This document shows positions 23,683 to 33,203 of a stretch of 54,448 nt of DNA, in pieces. Each line of letters begins with the position of its first letter. The stretch's first letter is position 1. Where the stretch lies: assembly GCA_017454745.1 (NCBI GenBank), contig JAFTCL010000019.1, forward strand, positions 1 to 54,448. The letters are read 5' to 3'. The position numbers and the translations under genes were made by a program. The stretch is from Kiritimatiellia bacterium. Its GTDB lineage: Bacteria > Verrucomicrobiota > Kiritimatiellia > RFP12 > UBA1067. A model generated the notes under the pieces. The model was given only the letters and a program-made list of their open reading frames with translations. It made no database searches and was not told where the DNA came from.

Positions 23683-24327
23683 TCAAAACTCCAGCGACCC
23701 GAAACATTCGGGAAGATGGAAGTTCAATGCCGTCACCGGAGACCAGCTTAACCAGTGCGGATGCGAGGTTTTGTCGCCGCATTTGTAGAAATTCGCCCGC
23801 CACGGATGGTCGAAATCCACTTCACCGATGTGCTGTTCGAAAATCGCAAGCGGGATGCGGTAACATACCGACCACTGGATCGGATCGGTAATTTCCGGAT
23901 CAACCGTTCGGGGCAGGGTTGAAATTATTTCCACCGTTCGGCACTCATCCGGCGTTAGGGCGGTGAATTTCGCAAGACCGTTCGGGGTCCGGGTCGGGTC
24001 CTCGATGTGAGAGCAGAGAAGCGTCCCCCCGGCGTTGATCTCGAAATTAAAATACCCCCGTCCGGGTTTGGGTTCAACAAAAAATTCCACACAGCTGTCG
24101 GTGCAAACCGGACTGTTGAATTCCGTCTGCACCGAGCGCACGTAACGGTCGTTGACGTCGAATCGCACGTATAGGAATTTCTGTCCGCGCAAAACCCGGA
24201 ACTTTACGGTTGGCGTGTGGTTGGACGATTCCGGCCGCCGGTTGGCCACATTGCCAGTTTCGGCGGCTTCGAAATCGACCTTTGCCAAGTCGGTGTCGGC
24301 AATCGAGTTTACACGGTATGTCGGCAT
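23683..24327 (-). CDS. Hypothetical protein, possibly a CBM9/DOMON-like carbohydrate-binding fold
   Basis: Start placed at the internal Met (MPTYRV) so that it does not overlap sppA. Aromatic- and Cys-rich ~210-aa protein. Fold assignment from memory. Confidence 0.3.
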   Translation of the reverse strand: MPTYRVNSIADTDLAKVDFEAAETGNVANRRPESSNHTPTVKFRVLRGQKFLYVRFDVNDRYVRSVQTEFNSPVCTDSCVEFFVEPKPGRGYFNFEINAGGTLLCSHIEDPTRTPNGLAKFTALTPDECRTVEIISTLPRTVDPEITDPIQWSVCYRIPLAIFEQHIGEVDFDHPWRANFYKCGDKTSHPHWLSWSPVTALNFHLPECFGSLEF

Positions 24328-24332
24328 TTGGG

Positions 24333-25418
24333 TTACAGTCCCGGATTCCAACGGTACTGGAGTTGCGGCCCGCGCTCTTTTAACAGATTTTGCAATTCGG
24401 TGCTTAAACCGTATTTCGGTCGCTTGAAAAAACTTAAAAAATTTTCGCGCTCCTTGTAACGGTAGATGCAAACCGATTTTTCGTCGAGCAGTTCGGCCAG
24501 CTTGCTGTAGGCATCCTCGATATACCCGATTTCATCGATAAGTCCGTTGGCTTTGGCCTGCTCGCTGGTGAAGATCCGTCCGTCCGCAATCTGTTTAACT
24601 TTGCTTAACGGCAGTTTGCGGTTCTCCGCCACCAGCCCGGCGAAACGCTCGTACATCGCGTTGACGGTCTCTTGGATGATTTCTTTATGCGCGTTTGAAA
24701 CCGGTTGGAAGGCGTTCAACAAATCCTTGTTGTTTCCGGATTTTACGGTTACATCGGACACTCCAAGTTTTTCCGCGAGTTGTGACACGTTGTAACTCTG
24801 CATAATCACGCCGATCGACCCCGTGATGGTGGTGGGGTGGGCGATGATGTAATCCGCCGCCAAAGAGATGTAGTAGGCCCCCGAAGCTGCGGTGTCGCCC
24901 ATAATGGCCACAACCACCCGCCCCTCTTTCGCTGCCTTGAATTGTTTCAGTGCGTGGTAGATGATGTCACTGGCGGTGACGCCTCCTCCTCCGCTGTCAA
25001 CTTCCAACAGGATACCGGAGATGTCTTCGTCTAAAGTGGCGCGGCGGATGGCGCGAAGCGCGAATTCGGTGGTGTTTTCTATCCAAGGGGAACTTTCACC
25101 CAGCATAATCATTCCTGTTATCGGAATGCGCACCACGTTGACGTCACCTTCGCCGGCCGACCATACTTCCTCAAAGTCGGGGAACTCGTCTTCTCCAGCC
25201 GAACTTTGCGGATCAGATTCGAAGATGTCCGGGAAACGCTCTTTAAGTTGCTTGGAAAATGCCCCTAATATCACCAACCCCGCAAGAATGATTAAAAACG
25301 TAATAAGGCATCCAAATCCGCAACCATGCTTTTTTTTATTCGGCGGTGGGGTGTTCACCCTAACTGTAGTTTCTTCAACAACAGCATCTTCCACCATAGC
25401 TTCGTCCGTTGATTCCAT
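24333..25418 (-). CDS. sppA: Signal peptide peptidase SppA (S49), 36K type
   Basis: N-terminal TM (LITFLIILAGLVILG). S49 core: GDTAASGAYYISLAADYIIAHPTTITGSIGV with Ser nucleophile and Lys dyad context. Confidence 0.8.
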   Translation of the reverse strand: MESTDEAMVEDAVVEETTVRVNTPPPNKKKHGCGFGCLITFLIILAGLVILGAFSKQLKERFPDIFESDPQSSAGEDEFPDFEEVWSAGEGDVNVVRIPITGMIMLGESSPWIENTTEFALRAIRRATLDEDISGILLEVDSGGGGVTASDIIYHALKQFKAAKEGRVVVAIMGDTAASGAYYISLAADYIIAHPTTITGSIGVIMQSYNVSQLAEKLGVSDVTVKSGNNKDLLNAFQPVSNAHKEIIQETVNAMYERFAGLVAENRKLPLSKVKQIADGRIFTSEQAKANGLIDEIGYIEDAYSKLAELLDEKSVCIYRYKERENFLSFFKRPKYGLSTELQNLLKERGPQLQYRWNPGL

Positions 25419-25697
25419 TGGCTATTCTCCTCTAATTGAAAAAACGATGTAATTTTACCATATCCCGCAAAAAAAAGTCAATGAATGTAGTGAGTTTTTT
25501 ATTGTTGATCGCGGATGGCCATATTGCGAAAGTAACGGAATAAAATCGGCCCGCTATTGTCTCGCATATTTGCTTTACTTTGCCTGCATGAAAATGATAC
25601 CATTCTTTTTGTTCCTGCGGAGGAGGTTTTGGGGATTATCGCATAGCATATAGGTGACATGCTCGTCCTTTGTAGGATACAGAATGGAGGCGAATTC

Positions 25698-27350
25698 ATG
25701 GGGATTTTTTCCGACAGATGTTGGGCGTTGATCGATAGAACAACCGGCAGGGCTTTGACTGGTGAAGCGTTGAAGGAGGCTCAAAAAGACCCGCGTTGGC
25801 CGCGCTGCGGCACCGCAGTAAGCAAGCAGGCCCGGTTTTGCCGTTCATGCGGGGCACCGGCTCCTGGCGGATGGTGGAAATGCCCGGCGTGCAACAAGTG
25901 GATCGGTAACGACGCGCGTCACTGTCCTCATTGCAATGAGCCGCTTTATCCGGAAGACCGAGTGGCTATTGCCGGTGGTGTGTGGCGCAAAGAGCCACGC
26001 CTGTTTGCCCAACGTTTTGAGATTGGAGATGTCAAACGGCTTTTAACTCAAGAACTGCTCATCCAAGAGGGGACTCTTGCGATTGTCATGGACGGTGGAC
26101 GCGTTTGCGGGTTGATTGAATCCGGTAGGCACAACCCAGATTCTCTTGCCCGTAAGATTAACTGGTTCGGTAATCCTCCTCCTCGTAGCGTGGTGTTGGT
26201 GGATGTAGGCGAGGTCATTGCTCCTTTGCATATCGAGGGGCTTAGGACCGCAGAGCATTTTCCAATAGAGTTTTACGGTGAAGCGATCCTGCGTTTCAAG
26301 GGTGACATCAACGCTGCCAGGTCTTTTACGGCAAATGTCCTCAAGGAACAGCGTTCCTGCGAATTTTCTGACCTAACCATGCGTCTTGAACCCGCTATTC
26401 GTGGTGTGGTCGATGAAATGTGCACCACTTCAACTCTGGACGATTTGGTGCGCGACCCTGACCGTCGGATTCGCTTGCACGAAATTATCACTTCGCGAAT
26501 CAAGGCAGACCTTGCCGCTTGCGGATTGGAGGCAGAGCGTGTTTCTTCGGCCGAGTTTACCGGTGATAAGTATGAGGAGTACGCCGAGAATCTTGGGCAG
26601 GTTGACGAGGAGCGCCGGGAGATAGAATACCGTGCCGCACTCCGCAAACTGGCCGATCAGGAGGCGATGGATCAGTACAAGGATGCCGACGCGTTGCGAA
26701 GCTACAAGGAGATAATCGACCATGAGTTTCGCGTGTCTCACGAAACCCGCGAACGCGAGTTTGCCTTATTGAAACGAGAGTGGGAACATGACGACATCAA
26801 GTACAGGTGGTTACTTGAACTTGAGAAGCAAGAACATGATCATGTGATTGATACGAATGGCCATGTGCATGTAAATGAGATTAATCTCCTTGATGCTAAC
26901 GGTCGACTTGATGTAACCAAGGTTCAAGCCGAAATTGACAGAGTTGTCAATGACGAGAAGATTGACGAGTCGAAGAAATGGCTTGAGGTGCGTCGACTGA
27001 AGATGCTTTTGGAACAGGAGAACAAACGACTTGACGCTGAACGTCGCAAGAATATGACGATCGAGCAGATGATTGCCGATGTCGAGGATCCCGAGGTTCG
27101 TTCGCAGTTGCTGGAGGTGTTTAAACTTAAGATTGAGCAGCAACGGATCGAGCGAAACGTCAATATGTCCCCAGAGCAGTTACTTGCCGAATTGGGGCAG
27201 GATCCAGTTAACGCAAGACTCGTTGCCAAGATGGAAGAGTTGTTCCATCATGCCGCTGACCGTGAGGACAAAAATCTCGGAAAGATGCTTGAACCGGCTG
27301 TTGAGGCAGCAAAGCATCCGTCTATCCAAAACGGGCCGATTATCAAATGA
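25698..27350 (+). CDS. Zinc-ribbon protein with a putative SPFH/band-7-like domain and a long C-terminal coiled coil
   Basis: N-terminal double zinc ribbon (CGTAVSKQARFCRSCG; CPACNKWIGNDARHCPHCN). Central region (GTLAIVMDGGRV...SVVLVDVGEVIAPL...TMRLEPAIRGVVDEMC...RIKADLAACGLE) has the SPFH-like alternating pattern, then an ~250-aa charged coiled coil. ggagg RBS before the ATG at 25698. Confidence 0.5.
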   Translation: MGIFSDRCWALIDRTTGRALTGEALKEAQKDPRWPRCGTAVSKQARFCRSCGAPAPGGWWKCPACNKWIGNDARHCPHCNEPLYPEDRVAIAGGVWRKEPRLFAQRFEIGDVKRLLTQELLIQEGTLAIVMDGGRVCGLIESGRHNPDSLARKINWFGNPPPRSVVLVDVGEVIAPLHIEGLRTAEHFPIEFYGEAILRFKGDINAARSFTANVLKEQRSCEFSDLTMRLEPAIRGVVDEMCTTSTLDDLVRDPDRRIRLHEIITSRIKADLAACGLEAERVSSAEFTGDKYEEYAENLGQVDEERREIEYRAALRKLADQEAMDQYKDADALRSYKEIIDHEFRVSHETREREFALLKREWEHDDIKYRWLLELEKQEHDHVIDTNGHVHVNEINLLDANGRLDVTKVQAEIDRVVNDEKIDESKKWLEVRRLKMLLEQENKRLDAERRKNMTIEQMIADVEDPEVRSQLLEVFKLKIEQQRIERNVNMSPEQLLAELGQDPVNARLVAKMEELFHHAADREDKNLGKMLEPAVEAAKHPSIQNGPIIK

Positions 27351-28765
27351 GCATAACCTGTCCAAAATGTGGGCGGCGTACTTCCGAGGGTGCGTTTTGT
27401 GAAAGATGCGGTGCGGATATTTCAAATGCTGCGTCGCCCATAACGGTGCCATCTCCACCTTTGCCCCAAGAGGACATTTTCCCTATGAAAGGGTCGATTG
27501 AAAAGGAACCCTTTTCAGTTGATGATTGTGCTCCCACCGTGCCAGAGGCGGTTCCGTCTGTTATAAAATCGGTTGAGACCCCGGTGTCATCGACCATCAT
27601 TCCCTCGTTTCCGCCCCTGTATTCCCAGCCGTTCGCAGGGACAAGACCTGATCTGGAGGTGGAGTTCGACTCCTTATGTTTTCTTGTTGAGGGATGTCCG
27701 GGGATGTTGCGTTTTAGGCTGACCCCGCGTAATGTTTCCGGAGCAGGGTTCGATGAAATATGTCTTGTTTTGGCAAAGCAAGACTCTGCAGGACAAGTTC
27801 ACTCGCGTACGATTAGCCGGTTGACCCGTGTGCGGGAGATACTTATCCAATTACCGGAACAATCTGCTGGTGTGCATGTTTTTTCATTGGAGTTGGATTG
27901 TCGTGTAGGCAATACCAGATATCAATTTGAGACCGAGACTTCAGTGATGTCCATACGCCCCAATGAGGCGAAGCAATGCGCAGAAAGCATCGTGATGAAC
28001 ATCACTAACAATATTTCAAACGGCAATGCTTCAGACATTAGACTTTCACAAAACGCCTCACGGGATTTGGAGCGACTGGCTGAATCTAGAGACCCATTGT
28101 CTGAACTTCGAAAGTTGGTAAACGGCTATTCTCGGGCTTATCAAAAACTTGAAGTTTTCGAAATCGGGCAATCCGTTACAACGCCTCCGGAGAATGCCGC
28201 CCGTGAAACAGCGGCCATTGAATTCTTTGGCCGCCAAATCACGTTGTTTGTCAAAAGCGAAGTGACCTTTGGTCGAAAAAGCGAATGTGACATTTCGCTC
28301 CGTCCGTTGGCAGGGGTTTCTCAAGAGATCGTTGACCGATACCGTCGCATCAGCCGTCATCATTGCCGATTTGAATTTTCGGACAGAGGCGTAACCGTAA
28401 GAGATGAGTCAACTGGCGGAACATTTTGGAATGGGCAGCGGATTAACGGCACCTTGACATTGCCCAAGTCGGTCCAGGGAACCTTTTCGTTCGGTAGATG
28501 CGGCGTAGATGCGGTTACGCTGGCCGTAAAATCCTTTAATAATGCTTTTATACTGTCCAGGACGGACGGGAAGCCTGATAAGTTCGTGATTTTCAAAGGT
28601 GCGTTGGATATGGGTTGCGTGGACACTGCTTTGGCCGGTATTTCCGTTTCCTTAACCCGTGGCGCGTTAGAATGGTGTAAAGACGTTCGCCGAGGGTGGT
28701 TCATACCCGGTGCTTTATTATGCGACGGTCCTGCGCGAGTTAAACCCGAATTGAAAGGAGAATGA
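27347..28765 (+). CDS. Zinc-ribbon plus FHA-domain protein
   Basis: N-terminal CPKCGRRTSEGAFCERCG. C-terminal FHA signature VTFGRKSECDISL....ISRHHCRFEF.DRGVTVRDESTGGTFWNGQRI (G-R...S-xx-H...N). Start overlaps the upstream stop (ATGA). Confidence 0.7.
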   Translation: MSITCPKCGRRTSEGAFCERCGADISNAASPITVPSPPLPQEDIFPMKGSIEKEPFSVDDCAPTVPEAVPSVIKSVETPVSSTIIPSFPPLYSQPFAGTRPDLEVEFDSLCFLVEGCPGMLRFRLTPRNVSGAGFDEICLVLAKQDSAGQVHSRTISRLTRVREILIQLPEQSAGVHVFSLELDCRVGNTRYQFETETSVMSIRPNEAKQCAESIVMNITNNISNGNASDIRLSQNASRDLERLAESRDPLSELRKLVNGYSRAYQKLEVFEIGQSVTTPPENAARETAAIEFFGRQITLFVKSEVTFGRKSECDISLRPLAGVSQEIVDRYRRISRHHCRFEFSDRGVTVRDESTGGTFWNGQRINGTLTLPKSVQGTFSFGRCGVDAVTLAVKSFNNAFILSRTDGKPDKFVIFKGALDMGCVDTALAGISVSLTRGALEWCKDVRRGWFIPGALLCDGPARVKPELKGE

Positions 28766-29352
28766 CAATGGGATTTCTGTTTTTTAAAACCGGCAAAGAA
28801 AAAGAGCGCGCCGAGCGTAGGGAACACCGGCATGCGTTGCGCCGCGCGGAAAGCGCTGTAGATGAGGTTGATGAGCGCATCAAACGCATGGAGAAGGATG
28901 CTGAAGTGGAATGGGAAAAAGCCAAAGAGGCGACACGCGAGGGCAAGTCAGCAGCCGCGCAGCGTGCTTTGACTTCTTATCGTGCCGCTCAGGTGTTGGC
29001 CACCAAGCTTGAGCAAAAGAAGTGGGTGTTTAAGCAAGTGTTGATGAAACTCGAAACCGCTGGCACTGACTCAGAATTTGCCAAAGCGCTCGAAATGGTT
29101 AATCGCGTCACCAACATCAACCCTGAGTTAGTTGAGGATGTGTTTGACGAGGCAGGTGACCTGCTTGCTGAGGCGGGAGATGCCGACAAGTTCTGGGCGC
29201 AACTTTATGGGAAGGAGATTGAGGGATCGAAATCCGCACTCCAAGACCACATTCCTTCGATGGAAGAATTGGAGAAAAACCTTCAGGAGGAGGTGGCCGG
29301 AAAAATCGCCAGCGCCGCCGTTTCGCCGGAATCACTGGAGAAAGAACTGTAG
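28762..29352 (+). CDS. ESCRT-III/Snf7-family (CHMP-like) protein
   Basis: ~195 aa. N-terminus MGFLFFKTGKEKERAERR resembles the CHMP N-terminus MGLFGK. Basic helical hairpin followed by an acidic helical C-terminus (ELVEDVFDEAGDLLAEAGDAD...MEELEKNL). ATGA overlap with the FHA gene. Confidence 0.6.
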   Translation: MTMGFLFFKTGKEKERAERREHRHALRRAESAVDEVDERIKRMEKDAEVEWEKAKEATREGKSAAAQRALTSYRAAQVLATKLEQKKWVFKQVLMKLETAGTDSEFAKALEMVNRVTNINPELVEDVFDEAGDLLAEAGDADKFWAQLYGKEIEGSKSALQDHIPSMEELEKNLQEEVAGKIASAAVSPESLEKEL

Positions 29353-29368
29353 GCCGGGGTCATAATTT

Positions 29369-29998
29369 ATGAGAAAGTTGTTGTTTGCGTTGTTTTGCCT
29401 TTTGTACGCGTCCGTTCTTGCCAAGACTTGTCCGAATTGCAACTGCAAGGTACTTGATTCGGATGCGTTCTGCCCCAATTGCGGGAGAGGTCTCGCGGAG
29501 TCTCCGAAGCCGGTCCCTGCCGCGCCAAAAGCCAACCCGTCGGCCCAAAGCGAGTCCCGTTCCGTCCAGGAGCCAAAGGCTGCGGAAACGCCTTACGGTT
29601 CGCGTTCCGACCGGTCGGTTGGTAGCAGCAGCATAATACCGCTCAAGCTTTCGATTTTAGATCCGCTGGCTCTTCCGGTCGAGAAGGATTGCACTGTGTG
29701 CGGACTACACATTTCCGCCATTTACGGCGAATGTGGAGTCTTGTACGGTATACAGATTGCTGGCCTGGGGGAGAAATGCCGCAAAATGTACGGTGCCGCC
29801 GTGGCCGGCATCGTAAACGATGCGACAGATGCCTACGGCATACAGATTGGACTGTTCAACGTCGCCGAACATATGCGTGGCATTCAGATTGGCTTCGCCA
29901 ACTACAGCAAGCGGATGTCAGGTGTGCAGATTGGCGTGCTTAACACCATAGACCGGTCTTCAGTCCAGTTCATGCCAGTATTGAACATGCATTTTTAG
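29369..29998 (+). CDS. Secreted zinc-ribbon protein with 14-residue G[IV]QIG repeats
   Basis: Signal peptide, then CPNCNCKV...CPNCG, a Pro/Ala/Ser linker, and 4-5 tandem ~14-aa repeats (YGIQIAGLGE / YGIQIGLFNV / RGIQIGFANY / SGVQIGVLNT). Confidence 0.45.
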   Translation: MRKLLFALFCLLYASVLAKTCPNCNCKVLDSDAFCPNCGRGLAESPKPVPAAPKANPSAQSESRSVQEPKAAETPYGSRSDRSVGSSSIIPLKLSILDPLALPVEKDCTVCGLHISAIYGECGVLYGIQIAGLGEKCRKMYGAAVAGIVNDATDAYGIQIGLFNVAEHMRGIQIGFANYSKRMSGVQIGVLNTIDRSSVQFMPVLNMHF

Positions 29999-30044
29999 AT
30001 GCGCAGGTAAATTCTAGACCAGCCAAACGGGAAAACTTGTCGCC

Positions 30045-31151
30045 ATGCAATCGATGACAGAAAAGATGAAGGGTTTCGCGGAAACTTGTTCGGCGGCGGT
30101 GAAGTCAAGAGATTTTGCGACGGCGGCAAAGGCCGCGACTGCTGCCGCCGACTGCGCTGACATTCTGGCTTCGCGCACAGTCGGCATTGTTGCCGAGGCT
30201 TACGCCAAAGATTCTGCGTCGTGGCGCGAACTGGCGAAGAAGCTGATATCTGCGGTCGGCAAGCTTCCGCAAAGTGGGGACCGGCCGGCTGTCGACTCAT
30301 CGGGCGATGTCGGGAAAGAGTGGCTGCTGGCTGAAAAGCCCGACGTGACTTTCGACGACATCGCCGGGATGGAGGAGGCGAAGCGGGTTATCAACGAAAT
30401 GGTTCTCTACCCGATGAGATCGCCGGAGAAGGCACGGGCGCTGGGGCTTAACCCCGGTGGCGGGGTATTGCTGTTCGGCCCCCCCGGCACCGGCAAGACC
30501 ATGCTGGGTAAGGCCATTGCCGGGGCTTTGGAATCGCCCTTTTATTATGCTTCTGGGGCGGATTTGCGTTCAAAATGGTACGGTGAATCAGAACAACGGC
30601 TCTCGCAACTGTTGAATGCCGCCAAAGCGCAACCAATAGCGGTGGTGTTTTTGGATGAAATCGAATCGTTATTACCCAAGCGGAATGAAGAGTCTCATGC
30701 GGCGGACAATCGTGTGGTAACGCAGTTTTTGGCCGACTTGGGCGGTTTTCGAGACTCCAAAAATCTCCTGTTGGTTTTGGGTGCTACTAACAAACCTTGG
30801 GATATAGATGAAGCGGTGTTCCGCACTGGCCGCTTTGATGAAAAGGTTTACATTGGTCCTCCTGATTTGGCCGCGCGGAGGAAAATTCTGGAATTGAACG
30901 TAAAAGGCGCATCGCTTGCTAAAGATATGGATTTGGGGACGTTGGCAATTGAAACCGCAGGTTTTTCCGGGTCTGATTGTGCGGCTGTAGTGGCGGCTGC
31001 GAAACGTTGCGCACTTGGTCGCGCCATACGAGACAATGCAGACCCAATATTGACAACAGAGGATTTCGCAGAGGCTATGCGTCGTATCCCGTCCAGCATT
31101 AATGATGCTATTCTTGCTCCTTACCGCAAATTCTTGGAGGAACGGTTTTGA
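30045..31151 (+). CDS. Vps4/katanin/spastin-clade AAA+ ATPase with an N-terminal helical (MIT-like) domain
   Basis: PDVTFDDIAGMEEAKRVINE...LLFGPPGTGKTMLGKAIAG...SKWYGESEQ...VFLDEIESLL...LVLGATNKPWDIDEAVFRTGRFDEKVYIGPPDLAARRKILELNV aligns closely, motif by motif, with yeast/human Vps4. Single AAA cassette, 368 aa, no protease or second ring domain. Confidence 0.85.
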   Translation: MQSMTEKMKGFAETCSAAVKSRDFATAAKAATAAADCADILASRTVGIVAEAYAKDSASWRELAKKLISAVGKLPQSGDRPAVDSSGDVGKEWLLAEKPDVTFDDIAGMEEAKRVINEMVLYPMRSPEKARALGLNPGGGVLLFGPPGTGKTMLGKAIAGALESPFYYASGADLRSKWYGESEQRLSQLLNAAKAQPIAVVFLDEIESLLPKRNEESHAADNRVVTQFLADLGGFRDSKNLLLVLGATNKPWDIDEAVFRTGRFDEKVYIGPPDLAARRKILELNVKGASLAKDMDLGTLAIETAGFSGSDCAAVVAAAKRCALGRAIRDNADPILTTEDFAEAMRRIPSSINDAILAPYRKFLEERF

Positions 31152-32014
31152 AGATTACCTGCTTTATTTGCGGTATCGAACTGCCTAACCGCTGGGCGGT
31201 GGCTAAGCGCGAGACGGTGGATGGCGTGGAGCGGTGTTATTGTCGTTTGCACGCGAATTCATTTGACGGTAATAAAACAACCGATGTGAAAGGAGATAAC
31301 ATGGAAGAAAAACAAGAACGCGAAATCATCCAAGCGGCGACACCTGCCTTGACACGCAGGGCCTGGGCGGAATGTTCTGCCTTGGCTGTGAAGATTGGCG
31401 GCGGGGTAAAGACGCTGTGGGGGAAGGTGCATCCTGATCGTTCCCCTGAAGCGATGCTTGCTGTGCTTAACGCTGATCGAGATGCAAATCGGAAACAGCT
31501 TAACGCAATGAAGCCAGAACTGGATTCGGTGTATCGTGAAATTGTCGAAAAAAAACGGTTGTATCAAACTGCTGCGCCAGCGAGGCAACGGTTACTGAAA
31601 ATTGAATTGCAGACGTTACTGACGCGTTACAAAGGGCTTGAGCGCGAGTTCGCCATTTTGAACGAGAATGAGCGATCAATTGAAACCGTCAAAGGCAGGT
31701 TTTTGGAGGTGCTGGCCCACGGATTACGCGGAAAACTTGATGCCAATATGGTGGACCGGTTGGCCGACACCGTCGATGACAAGGTTGATGAGGCCGAGGA
31801 CGTTCAAGATGCATTGAACGATTTGGAACGCGCAGGTAAGCGACGTGAACGACTTGGCGATGACTTTGATGCTGAGCTGGCCGGGTTTGATGGGGAACTC
31901 GGCATGGCAGATAACGTTAACGATGAGTTGAAAATCCCAACCGAAGAGGAACACAACCATGAAATGCACACTGAAGACACTGGCGCTGTCGCTGCTGACG
32001 GCGTTATCGCTTAA
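31148..32014 (+). CDS. Zinc-ribbon plus Snf7/ESCRT-III-like helical protein with an acidic C-terminal tail
   Basis: N-terminal CFICG...CYCRLH ribbon, helical core (LNAMKPELDSVYREIVEKKRLYQ...LKIELQTLLTRYKGLEREFAILNENERSIETVKGRFLEVL) and an acidic tail (DDFDAELAGFDGELGMADNVNDELKIPTEEE) that resembles MIM-like motifs. TTG start overlapping the Vps4 stop is uncertain. Confidence 0.4.
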   Translation: MKITCFICGIELPNRWAVAKRETVDGVERCYCRLHANSFDGNKTTDVKGDNMEEKQEREIIQAATPALTRRAWAECSALAVKIGGGVKTLWGKVHPDRSPEAMLAVLNADRDANRKQLNAMKPELDSVYREIVEKKRLYQTAAPARQRLLKIELQTLLTRYKGLEREFAILNENERSIETVKGRFLEVLAHGLRGKLDANMVDRLADTVDDKVDEAEDVQDALNDLERAGKRRERLGDDFDAELAGFDGELGMADNVNDELKIPTEEEHNHEMHTEDTGAVAADGVIA

Positions 32015-33179
32015 CGTCTCCGCTGGCGAGACTGAATTATCATATGCTATTGAAGATGCCGCATTCCAGACTGTAACGCGGCTTTCCGCTGACCAACGGC
32101 TTAAAGAATTAAAAAACATCGCGTTTGTGCGGCTTTCCGCACCCAACGGCGCGGCGGCATTGAAACTTGAGAGTAACGTTTCGCAAGTTTACGAAAGTGC
32201 GTTGGTATCGGTGCCATGCGACCTGCGTTTTGTGGTCCATTCTTCTCACGATCCCGAGTGGACGTTAATCGACGAAGTGTTCGATCAGGCTGCGGATTTC
32301 GATAGCTACAACCCAGCGACCAACCCGAAATTGAAACAACTTAAACTCGCCGATGCCTTGTTGTACGGGCAGGCGGTGGATGCGAAGGAAGCCAAAGACG
32401 GTAGTCGAACCACAATTCGTATCTCGATGCGGCTGATTAAGGTCGCGACGGCGGAAATGTTATGGGGTGGCGTGATTGAAGGTAGCTACGATGATGTTGG
32501 TCCTGATAACGAGCAATTGAACCTCTTTGGCCGCAAAGCCATAGAGGCGGCGGCTCGGGACGCGGTTGCGAAACTTCCTGCCAACCTTGACGGCTATGGC
32601 GTGTTTTTGCTTCCGTTTGACGGTCCGGCGGGTCGAGCCATGACACAAACCTTTCTCAATGAGTTGGTCGCGGCGGGCCGCCATGAAAAAATCCGTGTTT
32701 ATGATTTGCCCAATGGTGGTGTGGCCGACCGTATGTTGGCCAGATTCTTGCGCGAACGTGCCGGAGCTGAAACGGGCCTTAACGAGTCGTTGCTCAAAAA
32801 AGTTGAGGCTAAGGCTGTCGGAAAAACTGCAGAAGGTAAGATGGCGATTCTTACCGGCATGGTCACTTCCGTTAGAGTTTTCCCCGAAACTGCAGTCGAT
32901 CCCACTGGGCAGCCTGTGAACCGTCTGACTGGTTCTTTCACCGCAGCCAGACCAAACGCCACGCGCTTTGAGGTGGTTGCCGATCTCAAGATCCGCGACA
33001 TTAACGACAAATTCCGTGTGGTGGCGGCCGTTGGGGCACACGGAACTTACGAGCGCGAGATTGGCAACGATATCTCCGATCAACTTCGCTCGTTCGTTAC
33101 AGTGCGTAACTGCGTTGTTGCGTTACTGATTGTGCTGTTGGTTTGGTTTGTCAGCCGTTTTATGCTGCGTGTACGTTAA
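31959..33179 (+). CDS. Secreted hypothetical protein with a C-terminal membrane anchor
   Basis: Signal peptide LALSLLTALSLNVSAGE. C-terminal hydrophobic helix VVALLIVLLVWFVSRF. No recognised motifs. Confidence 0.4.
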   Translation: MKCTLKTLALSLLTALSLNVSAGETELSYAIEDAAFQTVTRLSADQRLKELKNIAFVRLSAPNGAAALKLESNVSQVYESALVSVPCDLRFVVHSSHDPEWTLIDEVFDQAADFDSYNPATNPKLKQLKLADALLYGQAVDAKEAKDGSRTTIRISMRLIKVATAEMLWGGVIEGSYDDVGPDNEQLNLFGRKAIEAAARDAVAKLPANLDGYGVFLLPFDGPAGRAMTQTFLNELVAAGRHEKIRVYDLPNGGVADRMLARFLRERAGAETGLNESLLKKVEAKAVGKTAEGKMAILTGMVTSVRVFPETAVDPTGQPVNRLTGSFTAARPNATRFEVVADLKIRDINDKFRVVAAVGAHGTYEREIGNDISDQLRSFVTVRNCVVALLIVLLVWFVSRFMLRVR

Positions 33180-33203
33180 CCCCAATAATCGAAAGGGCAG
33201 ATA

